DNA of 64,000 nt from a virus. The position numbers and the translations under genes are program-made. The DNA is taken from IMG/VR virus record IMGVR_UViG_3300047557_001498, positions 32,001 through 96,000 of that record. One strand, written 5' to 3'. This document shows positions 56,101 through 63,754 of the stretch, piece by piece. Numbering within the stretch: position 1 is the stretch's first letter; every line of letters starts with the position of its first letter. The notes under the pieces are model-generated. The model was not told the DNA's origin. It ran no database searches and was given only the letters and a program-made list of their open reading frames with translations.

Positions 56101-58742
56101 GGCGCTTGTGATCTAACCCCATCCCAATCAAAATCAGTAGTTCCTGCACCAATAGGTCCTCCGATTAAAGTAACACCAGATGTAGTAATCGGCTGTCCTT
56201 GGGCTGTATTCGTATATGATGTTGCTTCTAATGGAACAGCGAATGTATGAAAACCCCTCCAGGTAAATCTATTTGTTATGTCAAAATATCCATTGGGATT
56301 GTTAGCATCGTTTGTTGGTGCTTGTGATCTAATACCATCCCAATCAAAATCAGTAGTTCCTGCACCAATAGGTCCACCTATCAGAGTAACACCTGAAGTT
56401 GTAATCGGTTGTCCTTGAGCGGTATTGGTATATGAAGTTGCTTCCAATGGAGCAGCAAATGTATGGAATCCTCTCCAGGTAAATCTATTCGTTATGTCAA
56501 AATAACCATTCGGGTTGTTTATGTCATTTGTTGGCGCTTGATTTCTCGTTCCATCCCAATCGAACTGTGTTGAACCTAACAAACCACCTATCAGAGTTAC
56601 ACCAGATGTAGTAACTGGTTGCCCTTGAGCAGTGTTTCTATATGAAGTTGCTTCCAACGGAGCAGCAAATGTATGAAATCCTCTCCAAGTATGTTGATTG
56701 GTAATATCAAAATATCCGTTGGGATTGTTTATATCATTCGTAGGTGCTTGGTTTCTCGTTCCATCCCAATCAAAATCAGTAGTTCCCGCACCAATAGGTC
56801 CACCTATCAGAGTTACACCAGATGTTGCAACTGGTTGCCCTTGAGCAGTATTGGTATATGATGTTGCTTCTAATGGAACAGCGAATGTATGAAAACCCCT
56901 CCAGGTAAATCTGTTAGTTGAATCGAAGTAACCGTTTGGATTATTTATATCGTTAGTTGGTGCCTGTGATCTAATACCATCCCAATCGAACTGTGTTGAT
57001 CCGAGAAGTCCACCGATAAGAGTTACACCTGGTCCTGTTACTGGTTGCCCTTGAGCAGTGTTAGTATATGATGTTGCTTCTAATGGCGTAGCAAAAGTAT
57101 GGAATCCTCTCCAAGTTGATTGATTGGTTATGTCAAAATATCCGTTGGGATTATTTATATCGTTAGTGGGGGCATCCGCACGAACACCATCCCAATCGAA
57201 TTGTGATGATTCTGGAATATACTTTGTATCATATATCTGTGCAAATTTGTGGAATCCTTCGGTAGTAAATTGAACTATTCTGTCAAAATAATTAACTTCA
57301 GGAGCATCTTGTGGTGTACCATCCCAATCAAATCTTGAAGATTCATTTACATATTTACTATCATATTCTACAGCAAATGTATGGAATCCTTCTTTCGTAT
57401 TTGCACCAGTCAAATCGAAATAATTTACACGAGGAGCATTTTGTCTTACACCGTCCCAATCAAATTCAGATGAATCTGTTTTATACTCTGTGATAAACTT
57501 TTGAGCAAAAGATGTGAAACCACTCTTTGTAAACTTATTTGTATCATCGAAATAATTTACAACGGGTGCATTTTGTCTTACACCGTCCCAATCGTAAGCA
57601 GATGCATCGGGTTTATATTTACTATCAAATTCAACAGCAAACGCTTCAAATCCATCCGTTGTATATTGATTTGTTATATCAAAATAATTTGCCTCTAATA
57701 TCGTTTCATATCCGAGATTAGATGAATTATTTACATATTCAGATTGTAACGGTTGAATTTTTTTTGTAAAACCGTCAGCATTTGTGTTATCAAAATAATC
57801 AACTATACTATCTTTTGAATTTGAAAGTGAAGAATTTTTATCAGTCTCATGTCTTCCGGATAATACAGTTTGCTCTGGATTCGTTAAATCTAAAATACTA
57901 TCTGATATTGCCAAGTCTGATATTTGACCGTTATATCTTGTAGTATCAACTTTTTCTGTTATCTCTCTGTTTTCTATTCTTGACTGAGTTCTATATTTTT
58001 CGGGTGTTCTATCTATATTTAAAATACTATCCGATAAAAGTTTATTGCTACTTGCATTTACAATAAATTCCCTTGAACTAAATCCCTTGTCCAAATCAAC
58101 ACTCTGTCCTTCCCTATTATATGTTAATGGTATATTATTTAGAGTGACATCGGGATTTTGTATATTATCAGTTGCATCATCTGGATTAACTGTTAAATCT
58201 GGAGATTGTCTTTGTCTTTCATAAGTTAATGGTATATTATTTAAAGTAACATTTGGATTTACTATATTACCAACTTCCGAACCATTGTCTATGACTTCGA
58301 CATTTGATTGATTGTTATTAGTTCCTTGTTGTGTTCTTGCAATAACAACATCGGATTTGTTTATACTACTTTGTACTACATCTTTACTTATTCTTGAAAA
58401 AGAAGAAACTATATTTTCAAGTGGTACTCTGGAAGGTGATCCAAAATTCGTTTCTATATTTTTTGGTGAATATTCCGAAACTGCATTTATCAATACTTCT
58501 TGAAATACATTTTTTATAGTATCATCTAATTTAGTATCTTTTAATTTACCAACTAAATCAATATTACTAGGAGTTCTAACTCCAGGTCTATTATCTATTA
58601 AACCGTCTGTTATAGGTTTATATGAACCGAAGTTATTATCATAGGAATTTCGCGTTTGTGAACTTTTGGGTAAAGTGGTAGTTGGTTTCGGCGCATTATA
58701 CCGAAACTTTGACAAATCAGATTTTAAATCTAGCAATGACAT
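50130..58742 (-). CDS. 2870-aa tail/baseplate protein with tandem repeats, tube-initiator-like domain and C-terminal OmpA-like domain
   Basis: Lies between tape measure and LysM genes; FRAYI...YIGRADPVYSYDGYERDINF; ITLVGHAS...NMKLSNSRATTV..LL...G...NRRIEI. Confidence 0.7.
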   Translation of the reverse strand: MSLLDLKSDLSKFRYNAPKPTTTLPKSSQTRNSYDNNFGSYKPITDGLIDNRPGVRTPSNIDLVGKLKDTKLDDTIKNVFQEVLINAVSEYSPKNIETNFGSPSRVPLENIVSSFSRISKDVVQSSINKSDVVIARTQQGTNNNQSNVEVIDNGSEVGNIVNPNVTLNNIPLTYERQRQSPDLTVNPDDATDNIQNPDVTLNNIPLTYNREGQSVDLDKGFSSREFIVNASSNKLLSDSILNIDRTPEKYRTQSRIENREITEKVDTTRYNGQISDLAISDSILDLTNPEQTVLSGRHETDKNSSLSNSKDSIVDYFDNTNADGFTKKIQPLQSEYVNNSSNLGYETILEANYFDITNQYTTDGFEAFAVEFDSKYKPDASAYDWDGVRQNAPVVNYFDDTNKFTKSGFTSFAQKFITEYKTDSSEFDWDGVRQNAPRVNYFDLTGANTKEGFHTFAVEYDSKYVNESSRFDWDGTPQDAPEVNYFDRIVQFTTEGFHKFAQIYDTKYIPESSQFDWDGVRADAPTNDINNPNGYFDITNQSTWRGFHTFATPLEATSYTNTAQGQPVTGPGVTLIGGLLGSTQFDWDGIRSQAPTNDINNPNGYFDSTNRFTWRGFHTFAVPLEATSYTNTAQGQPVATSGVTLIGGPIGAGTTDFDWDGTRNQAPTNDINNPNGYFDITNQHTWRGFHTFAAPLEATSYRNTAQGQPVTTSGVTLIGGLLGSTQFDWDGTRNQAPTNDINNPNGYFDITNRFTWRGFHTFAAPLEATSYTNTAQGQPITTSGVTLIGGPIGAGTTDFDWDGIRSQAPTNDANNPNGYFDITNRFTWRGFHTFAVPLEATSYTNTAQGQPITTSGVTLIGGPIGAGTTDFDWDGVRSQAPTNDANNPNGYFDITNQSTWRGFHTFATPLEPTSYTNTAQGQPVTGPGVTLIGGLLGSTQFDWDGTRNQAPTNDINNPNGYFDITNRFTWRGFHTFALPLEPTSYTNTAQGQPVTGPGVTLIGGLLGSTQFDWDGTRNQAPTNDINNPNGYFDITNRFTWRGFHTFALPLEPTSYTNTNQGQPVTTSGVTLIGGPIGVGTTDFDWDGVRSQAPTNDANNPNGYFDITNQSTWRGFHTFATPLEPTSYTNTAQGQPVTGPGVTLIGGQLGSTQFDWDGLRNQAPTNDINNPNGYFDITNRFTWRGFHTFATPLEATSYTNTNQGQPIAGTIVTLVGGPLGVGTSDFDWDGFRSQAPTNDVNNPSGYFDANNIVTWRGFHTFATPLEPTSYTNTAQGQPVAGGGVTLIGGLLGSTQFDWDGTRNQAPTNDINNPNGYFDQNNQSTWRGFHTFATPLEPTSYTNTGQGQPVAGGGVTLIGGPLGTTQFDWDGTRNQAPTNDANNPNGYFDRNNISTWRGFHTFATPLEATSYANTNQGQPITSGGVNITPGSTQFDWDGTDPYSMRATRFFGFTQGNRFGFMVNMSQFDGTAYPIINPMFSPNILGLQGFPQRVQRFALSTFRQLLQPLQTSNLEQYAPLSFGGKSISGFKATLDNQSPVVNVQKYGFNITGFRRRGKSSGQLVDLTTGAAFLINPSIVVPFMDVNRYTLGGGIDSRPTYVDGEMAVWANTGNPNTATQPFSTIGANGLTAAQVVALNRSFNGLPYYNGVLYKSHIDYQYSKYNLVRDSFNTSTTYPQPFIDTSLNGEDKDLISSLRAINSIPNSVNLPGTGTIDLSSIKNNINSAISFLDSAQSFDEGIVRGGLVKNVVRSILDTKRITKFLLSPKGLLWNAKQIGLQFMNPMVDTGTGLLGIAGATGLPGGVLGINWTNIYNPLSVPLNTFGRNAVINTRFARHGVLMYGEGAYEDIAVTRQLNTDNRDFEDFTSPGFFNRTSDYNRLVSLTKELLPDSYKPIVIVDNNLLLENGAPQLNSGGGVRQKLKYNVNSSTNLPQISTDTKIQRLSTIFGGPNSFLGLFGTTINRATHPYKGINSTGYFPTKESIEKGTDREVFFSPTSVQDNLVNTGNVFQKSINKYGDLILSNASNPGNPLDRNNDFNDDAYVTDEEFGGTLVALKNYIQKIRKTYSSAGASRRMEGANPYETPAPVPYGIQKATARRLYEKGFEQWKHPNPSDRVRDTTKTPSFADIADKTGFLDTAKVIQNDHSPIKNYKTSNYSGLVRSEETFDAITDTTKLQDFRSGLEADNSTRTFSSSPKVINFKNNNLEDRFGIGSEGEPGNLRSEVYVSTIQYTSLIPSGSGGTGIWTENADGSLTLKDSAVMSNYKYAAYPTLKKDVTEQYRKKLLDMAKKNGTAESLVFKVPKFRGDRINIIDWKRSTTDLSSKYVYEQHKNAFQDGKGDSVGAAEDLVQFYFTGANLKGSEYKPTEAIVFRAYIDTIVDNHKPSWTPIKYIGRADPVYSYDGYERDINFGFTVHIGTRDELKASWRKLNMLASWTAPEYTDNGFMKAPVVRLNLGNLYRKFPGFLSTLTYTFDNTQTTWETAKLREDWDFSKKDAEGNLIKALSMPGALELPKTINVQCTFVTFNIYRPEWDCVFYSLFDDRSEDGSLETGLVPVHGDRVNYFRTFDDLPLKHPMNTGLCAIVDLTEKKPKPEEKKQETKPEPAPKKPVEKYLCGINFCTDEDRYVTDSSNAVIDQLANWMLNDCKNSKITLVGHASQEVDFKLPKEKDAYERYALYNMKLSNSRATTVKNLLIAKGVDENRIQSRGAGITSLIQGIPPSDAKNRRIEIILENQDQAGCDVKLVVDPKKATGCPAVTSCSRKEIGDKSEFWLVGPQYFTHKFVPDTGIGGIAVIPEEYKAFSEQVDGEWWIADGGVSWRTKWATKGNRVRGYDLSTTSATSRYKTPVAGSPNNFGAYTYRPRSAQPVDPNET
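54430..57690 (-). repeat. In-frame coding tandem repeat: ~13 units of 210/216 bp plus ~3-4 units of 132 bp
   Basis: Plus-strand CC(A/G)TCCCAATC (DWDG) recurs at about 54437, 54637, 54847, 55057, 55273, 55483, 55699, 55909, 56119, 56335, 56551, 56761, 56977, 57187, 57319, 57451, 57583. Confidence 0.95.
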
Positions 58743-58761
58743 ATTTTTTCCTATTGTTTCC

Positions 58762-58769
58762 TATAAATA
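58762..58769 (-). promoter_or_regulatory. Putative late promoter TATTTATA
   Basis: 20 nt upstream of the giant tail gene. Confidence 0.6.
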
Positions 58770-58778
58770 TGATTTCTA

Positions 58779-61700
58779 TTAGATACCACCATACTTTTGA
58801 AGACCAACTTCTTTATTTTTTCTAAAATCAATTTCACTACTTATCGCTTCAACAGTTCTCTCTCCAATCTTTATGTATGTTGGTTGAGATGCCATATTTC
58901 CAATAATAGCAATTAACTTATCTATTTTTTGCTCAAGAGCAACTGTATTCACATTTACAGATACACCCGACTGATTTGTTGTTCCGCTGCTATTTTTACC
59001 AGAAGAAACGGTTGATGTTGTTGATGAAACGGTTGATGTTTTTGCACCCTCTCCTCCACCAAATCCAAGGAAAGATTTTACACTACCAAATAAAGATCCG
59101 GCTGCACTTGAAACGGTGGATAATAATCCAGGATTTGTTATCTGTGTAACTCTTTCTAATTTTGCAACATCTAACTTTGATAATTTTTTACTCAAATCGG
59201 CAATACTATTTGAGACAGATGATATACCACTAGCGAAAGAATATATTTTTGAATTGTTTACTGAATCAAATGTTTTAACTACAAATGGTAACATCATGTT
59301 TCCACCCATTTTTACAAATGTTGAAAGACTTTCACTCAATGTTACTATTGATTTTGCAACTTGATTCACCGCCTTTGATGCCTGCCAAGTTCTGTCTCCA
59401 CCCAAAATTTGCATTTGTTCATTTAGTTTTTTTATTTCCTCTGCAGATTGTCTTGATAAACCGGCGGCTTGCTGTGCCATTGCCTGTTGTGGTTTTTGTT
59501 GTTGAGCGGCCTGTTGTTTTTTCTGTGCACCTTGTGGTGAATCATCATCTCCTGGTAAAAAGTGCATTAGTCCTGATATTGGGTTTGCTAAAATATCACC
59601 TGCCAATGATAGGTATTCACCTTTTTTATATTTTTCATGTTGTCTTGTATAATTTTGATAAAGTCCTTTTGTAATATTTTCTTTATCCATTCCAGGAATT
59701 AAACCAAACAATCCACTCATTGTCATTGATTCTAACGCACCTCCTAATACACCAGATGCAACTTGTTTATTTGTAACAGGTGCTCCCTTTTTAACTAAAC
59801 CAGCATTTTGTAAGGTTTTATTCGCATCCATTCCTCCGGTAATTCCTTCATATGCAGTGATTGCCGCTCCAATATATGGCAGTTTACGGGCAATGCTGCT
59901 CAAAGGTTTCATAACTTTTGAAAAAATTCCAGCCTTAGATCCAATATTTGCAACATCGTCTGATGAAGATAATGCGGTTTTACCAATATCATCTATACTA
60001 GATGATGCAGTTTTAACAGTTTTAGTTGTAGTTGCACTTGGTTTCAATTTAATATCATCAACTTTATCTGCAACTTCTTTTGTTCCTTTTGCCCAATTTT
60101 TTAATCCTTCCCATCCAGATTTGAGGGTATTTTTAAGAGCATCTCCCATTTTTCCAATACCCCAAGTTATCAACCCTTTAACACCGAAATAACCAGCAAT
60201 CGTTGCTAATATGTTCGTCATGCTAAACCATTCTGCATTTAAAGATTTAACAGTTTTTGTTACTTTATTTCCGTTCTTATCTATTTCAGTTATCTGTTCT
60301 GATTTTATTATACCTAACCATTCCATTAACTGCATAACTGGTTGTAATAATCCCATCAATACCATTGCTATATTTTTTACTATTTTTAAAACTTCAAGTC
60401 CAGTTTCTACCAGTCCTGGTAATGATTTAGCAAGAGTTTCAACTATTTTTTTTACTTCTGGTTTCAATTCATCATAAGTTTTATGTAATTCTTTTACTAC
60501 CGGCATCAATGTATCTTTTAATTCAGTTTTTATTTTTTCCATATCATCTTGGAATCTTTCGCTTAAACTTGCTCCTTCTTTTGCTTTAGTCTCACCAAGA
60601 AGAAATCCGGCTGATCCTCCATCACCAACTGCCTTCTTATTTTGTTCTTGCATTTTTTGAATAGCTTTTAAACTGTTTTTACCAAATTGATCTTGTAATT
60701 GTCCAAGTCTTGCTACTTGTTCAGTAAATTCTTCCGGACTTATTCCAAATAGTTTTGCTGCAGCTCCTTTGGCTGTTCTGGACATTCCTTTTAATTTTGA
60801 ACCAAATTTATCTATGTAATCATCATACATTTCCATTTGTAATTTAAATGCCTTATCGTCTTCACCCATGTCTACGGCATATCTATATGCATCCATTTGT
60901 CTATGATGAACACCGGTCAATACCTCCACGGTGAATTGATCTTCTAAACTAGATTCAACATCTAATGCCGATGCTATTGCCTCGTGAAACATCTTTAAGT
61001 CTATACCCATTACTTTTGCCTGACCAGCAAATGCTGCCAATTCCCTAACTGATCCCTTGAATCCCAAAGCAATAGTTTGTGGAACACTTGCAATCGCCTT
61101 GAACGCCTGTCTCATGCTTAATATATTTTTATTGACACCACCGGCGGCTTGTGCCATCTTATCCATACTAACTCCCATTGAGTTAGATATTTTGTAAAAG
61201 TTTATTGCTTCCTCGTTTGTTAATTGCCATTTTTCTCTTAACAATGTAATACCCTGAAGCATTCCATTTTGTAAAGAAGCACTCTGCAATCTTTCCAATG
61301 ATGTACCATATTCTTCTGTTAAATCTTCAAGTGTTTTTGCCAATTCTTTTACATTAACACCGACAACATTCATACGAAGTGACAACTTTCCAAGAGTGCT
61401 AAACAATGCCTCAGCTCTAGATCTACTAATAGAAAATTGTTTACTTAAATCTGCAATATCTTGATCCAATTCAAATACTACACCAATCAATTTTTTTACT
61501 ACCGTTACCAACAAAGAGAATATCCCCATCAAAGCCATACCAGGTAAAGCAAGTGCAAATCCCTTAGCAGCAGTTCCCCAATCCTTTATAGTCTGTTTTA
61601 TTGTTTTAGTTCCATCAAGAATCTTCCCTAATCCCATTTTGTTCATTATGAATGCACCGCCCGGTACAGCAGCAAGAAATCCTATCATTGCAGCCCTTGA

Positions 61701-62555
61701 TTCTTTTGCAGATTTTGCCTTTTCCGCCATTTGTTGATTGATTTGTTTCAATTTCTGAAACTCTTTCATTTGATCATCAACGAGCTTTCTTTGTAGGACA
61801 TATCTTTCTGCACCAAGTTTCTTTGCATTCAAATCTAATCTGACAGATTGTTCTTTTAAGTCTTTTTCTAATTGGTATGTATCTATTAACTCATAACCCT
61901 TCTTCTTCATGTTTTCCATATTATCTACTATCTTTGCAGATAATGCGTCTATACCGGAAGCATTTTTTACAGTTTCACCAAGAGTTTTTTCAAATGCCTG
62001 TGTTTCTTCTTTTGTACCCTTAAAAAGTTTTTTTATTTCCGTTGTTTTATCTGCAATTTGAGATACTGCCTGACCTGATATTTTTAATGCTTGTGCCTTT
62101 TTTAAAACACTTTCATTAACAGAACGCATTAGTATTGCAGATTTCTCTTGTAATCCACCAATTTCTTTTTCATATGATTTTTGTTTTTCGTATAATTGAT
62201 TTCTTTCTTGTTGTTTTTTTAATCTTTCCGTTTCCCTTTTTGCTATTTTTTCAAGTTCTTTGTTTTCTTCTTTTATTTTTTTGTTTAAGTCTTCTTTTAT
62301 AGACTGTTCTTTTTCTTGTCTTTTTAAACTTTCTTTTTCTATCTTTTCTATCTGGCCCATAATGCGATAATATTCATTACGATTTTTAGATCTAACGGCA
62401 TCTAACTTTGCCATTTTTTCTAAGAAATCGGCTGATTTTTTATCTTCGGCTGCAATTTGTTTTTTAACAGCAAGTATGTTTTTTTCTAACTCAAACAGAA
62501 GTTTTTTTAATTCAACAACCGTTGTTGGTAATTGAGTGGGTTTTTTCTTTGCCAT
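58779..62555 (-). CDS. Tape measure protein
   Basis: 1258 aa, helical/coiled-coil, Ala/Gly/Lys-rich with hydrophobic stretches; directly follows the chaperone pair. Confidence 0.8.
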   Translation of the reverse strand: MAKKKPTQLPTTVVELKKLLFELEKNILAVKKQIAAEDKKSADFLEKMAKLDAVRSKNRNEYYRIMGQIEKIEKESLKRQEKEQSIKEDLNKKIKEENKELEKIAKRETERLKKQQERNQLYEKQKSYEKEIGGLQEKSAILMRSVNESVLKKAQALKISGQAVSQIADKTTEIKKLFKGTKEETQAFEKTLGETVKNASGIDALSAKIVDNMENMKKKGYELIDTYQLEKDLKEQSVRLDLNAKKLGAERYVLQRKLVDDQMKEFQKLKQINQQMAEKAKSAKESRAAMIGFLAAVPGGAFIMNKMGLGKILDGTKTIKQTIKDWGTAAKGFALALPGMALMGIFSLLVTVVKKLIGVVFELDQDIADLSKQFSISRSRAEALFSTLGKLSLRMNVVGVNVKELAKTLEDLTEEYGTSLERLQSASLQNGMLQGITLLREKWQLTNEEAINFYKISNSMGVSMDKMAQAAGGVNKNILSMRQAFKAIASVPQTIALGFKGSVRELAAFAGQAKVMGIDLKMFHEAIASALDVESSLEDQFTVEVLTGVHHRQMDAYRYAVDMGEDDKAFKLQMEMYDDYIDKFGSKLKGMSRTAKGAAAKLFGISPEEFTEQVARLGQLQDQFGKNSLKAIQKMQEQNKKAVGDGGSAGFLLGETKAKEGASLSERFQDDMEKIKTELKDTLMPVVKELHKTYDELKPEVKKIVETLAKSLPGLVETGLEVLKIVKNIAMVLMGLLQPVMQLMEWLGIIKSEQITEIDKNGNKVTKTVKSLNAEWFSMTNILATIAGYFGVKGLITWGIGKMGDALKNTLKSGWEGLKNWAKGTKEVADKVDDIKLKPSATTTKTVKTASSSIDDIGKTALSSSDDVANIGSKAGIFSKVMKPLSSIARKLPYIGAAITAYEGITGGMDANKTLQNAGLVKKGAPVTNKQVASGVLGGALESMTMSGLFGLIPGMDKENITKGLYQNYTRQHEKYKKGEYLSLAGDILANPISGLMHFLPGDDDSPQGAQKKQQAAQQQKPQQAMAQQAAGLSRQSAEEIKKLNEQMQILGGDRTWQASKAVNQVAKSIVTLSESLSTFVKMGGNMMLPFVVKTFDSVNNSKIYSFASGISSVSNSIADLSKKLSKLDVAKLERVTQITNPGLLSTVSSAAGSLFGSVKSFLGFGGGEGAKTSTVSSTTSTVSSGKNSSGTTNQSGVSVNVNTVALEQKIDKLIAIIGNMASQPTYIKIGERTVEAISSEIDFRKNKEVGLQKYGGI

Positions 62556-62593
62556 CAAATACTACCAAAATCTAATAAAAAAGTCTACATATG

Positions 62594-62601
62594 TATAAAT
62601 A
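62594..62601 (-). promoter_or_regulatory. Putative late promoter TATTTATA inside an inverted repeat
   Basis: AGTCTACATAT-GTATAA-ATATGTAGACT (62582-62609). Confidence 0.6.
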
Positions 62602-62614
62602 TGTAGACTCTAAA

Positions 62615-62851
62615 TTATCTCGGCATATTGATGTTAGGTTTGCTTATTTCTTTTCCAGATGAATTTTCATATTGTTTTCTTTCTTCTTCGATAGCATCAG
62701 ACATCATTTTTAAGTAATATCTTCTTAAATATATTGGCATCTGATATACTTCTGTGAAATTAAATCCACCTTTTCCTGCATAACACATGGAAAATATTTC
62801 TTGGTGTAAACCTAACCTATACTCAGGAGGTAGGCCAAAAAAAGGAGACAT
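62615..62851 (-). CDS. gp51-like baseplate/tail assembly chaperone (possibly a frameshift extension of the upstream gene)
   Basis: LHQEIF...FNFTEVYQMPIYLRRYYL; overlaps the upstream gene across a T7 run. Confidence 0.65.
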   Translation of the reverse strand: MSPFFGLPPEYRLGLHQEIFSMCYAGKGGFNFTEVYQMPIYLRRYYLKMMSDAIEEERKQYENSSGKEISKPNINMPR

Positions 62852-63695
62852 CCATCGGGATGTCCAACTCCTTCACTTCACCTGTAGCATTTGATATAAA
62901 TGTAAATTTCATATCCATGTCAGGAGATATTTCACGCATATACTTTCTAAATGCCCTTGAATCGAGGGCAAATAGTTCATTATCAACGAAATGATTTATT
63001 GCAGCTCGGCCTCTTTCACCATCAACTGCAATAATAATATGTTTGAGTCTTGTTGTCAATTCCTTATCAATACCAGTTTTAATGAATGATTTATTTGATG
63101 CCTTTAATTCGGCTTGAATATCTTTTTCCAGTTGATGTGTCATCAGTCTAAAAGTTACCGTTCTTTTTGAATTTGGTAAAGTAAAATCAAATTCATTTTT
63201 ACGGTTCTCAAATAAGCTAAAATCGACCTCCTTGTGCTCAATTTGAGATAAATCTATGGTTACAATTTGTTTATCTTCGGGGGAAAAAGGATCTTCAATT
63301 TCTACTGTATAATCATTCCCATATCCTAATATTCTTGCGGCCATCATAATTGCATTTTTATCACCGGCATAAATATCACCATAATTGACAGGAGTAACAA
63401 TCAAAGACTCAAACAATTTGTCTAATACAACACCTTGTTTAATGAGATTCTGTGATGTTAAAATGTCTTCTTCTCTTGCAGTCATATATTTCATTTCAAT
63501 AAATCCATCTGCAAGTGGATGGTCTATTGGGTAAACTAATCCTTTTGAAGGCAATGGTATCACCTCTGTTGGAAAGTTTGTTTTTTTTACGTCTTCTTGT
63601 TTGTGTTGAGAGAGAAGTCTCTCTTTGATTTCGGCATCTGACATTTCAGAATTTAGTTCTTCCGAAATATTATATCCATTAGCTAATTGTGACAT
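62823..63695 (-). CDS. gp26-like baseplate hub / tail assembly chaperone
   Basis: LPSKG..YP, MTAREEDIL, GDKNAIM.AARILGYG, FTLP, DSRAFRKY, C-terminal FFWP. Confidence 0.75.
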   Translation of the reverse strand: MSQLANGYNISEELNSEMSDAEIKERLLSQHKQEDVKKTNFPTEVIPLPSKGLVYPIDHPLADGFIEMKYMTAREEDILTSQNLIKQGVVLDKLFESLIVTPVNYGDIYAGDKNAIMMAARILGYGNDYTVEIEDPFSPEDKQIVTIDLSQIEHKEVDFSLFENRKNEFDFTLPNSKRTVTFRLMTHQLEKDIQAELKASNKSFIKTGIDKELTTRLKHIIIAVDGERGRAAINHFVDNELFALDSRAFRKYMREISPDMDMKFTFISNATGEVKELDIPMDVSFFWPTS

Positions 63696-63742
63696 AATAT
63701 AATCCTATAACATTTTTTAAAAAACAATATATCGTGTGTTAC

Positions 63743-63750
63743 TATAAATA
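63743..63750 (-). promoter_or_regulatory. Putative late promoter TATTTATA
   Basis: Upstream of the gp26-like gene. Confidence 0.6.
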
Positions 63751-63754
63751 TGAT

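Noticed and set aside
54430-57690. CRISPR array or DGR template/variable repeats
   Set aside because: Units are 132-216 bp, in frame, vary mostly at synonymous sites and lack unique spacers. No reverse transcriptase or adenine-specific variation is seen.
1068-60477. The plus-strand ORFs and nested short minus-strand ORFs in the track
   Set aside because: They are antisense or alternate-frame shadows of long, motif-bearing minus-strand genes, with no RBS or recognisable motifs.
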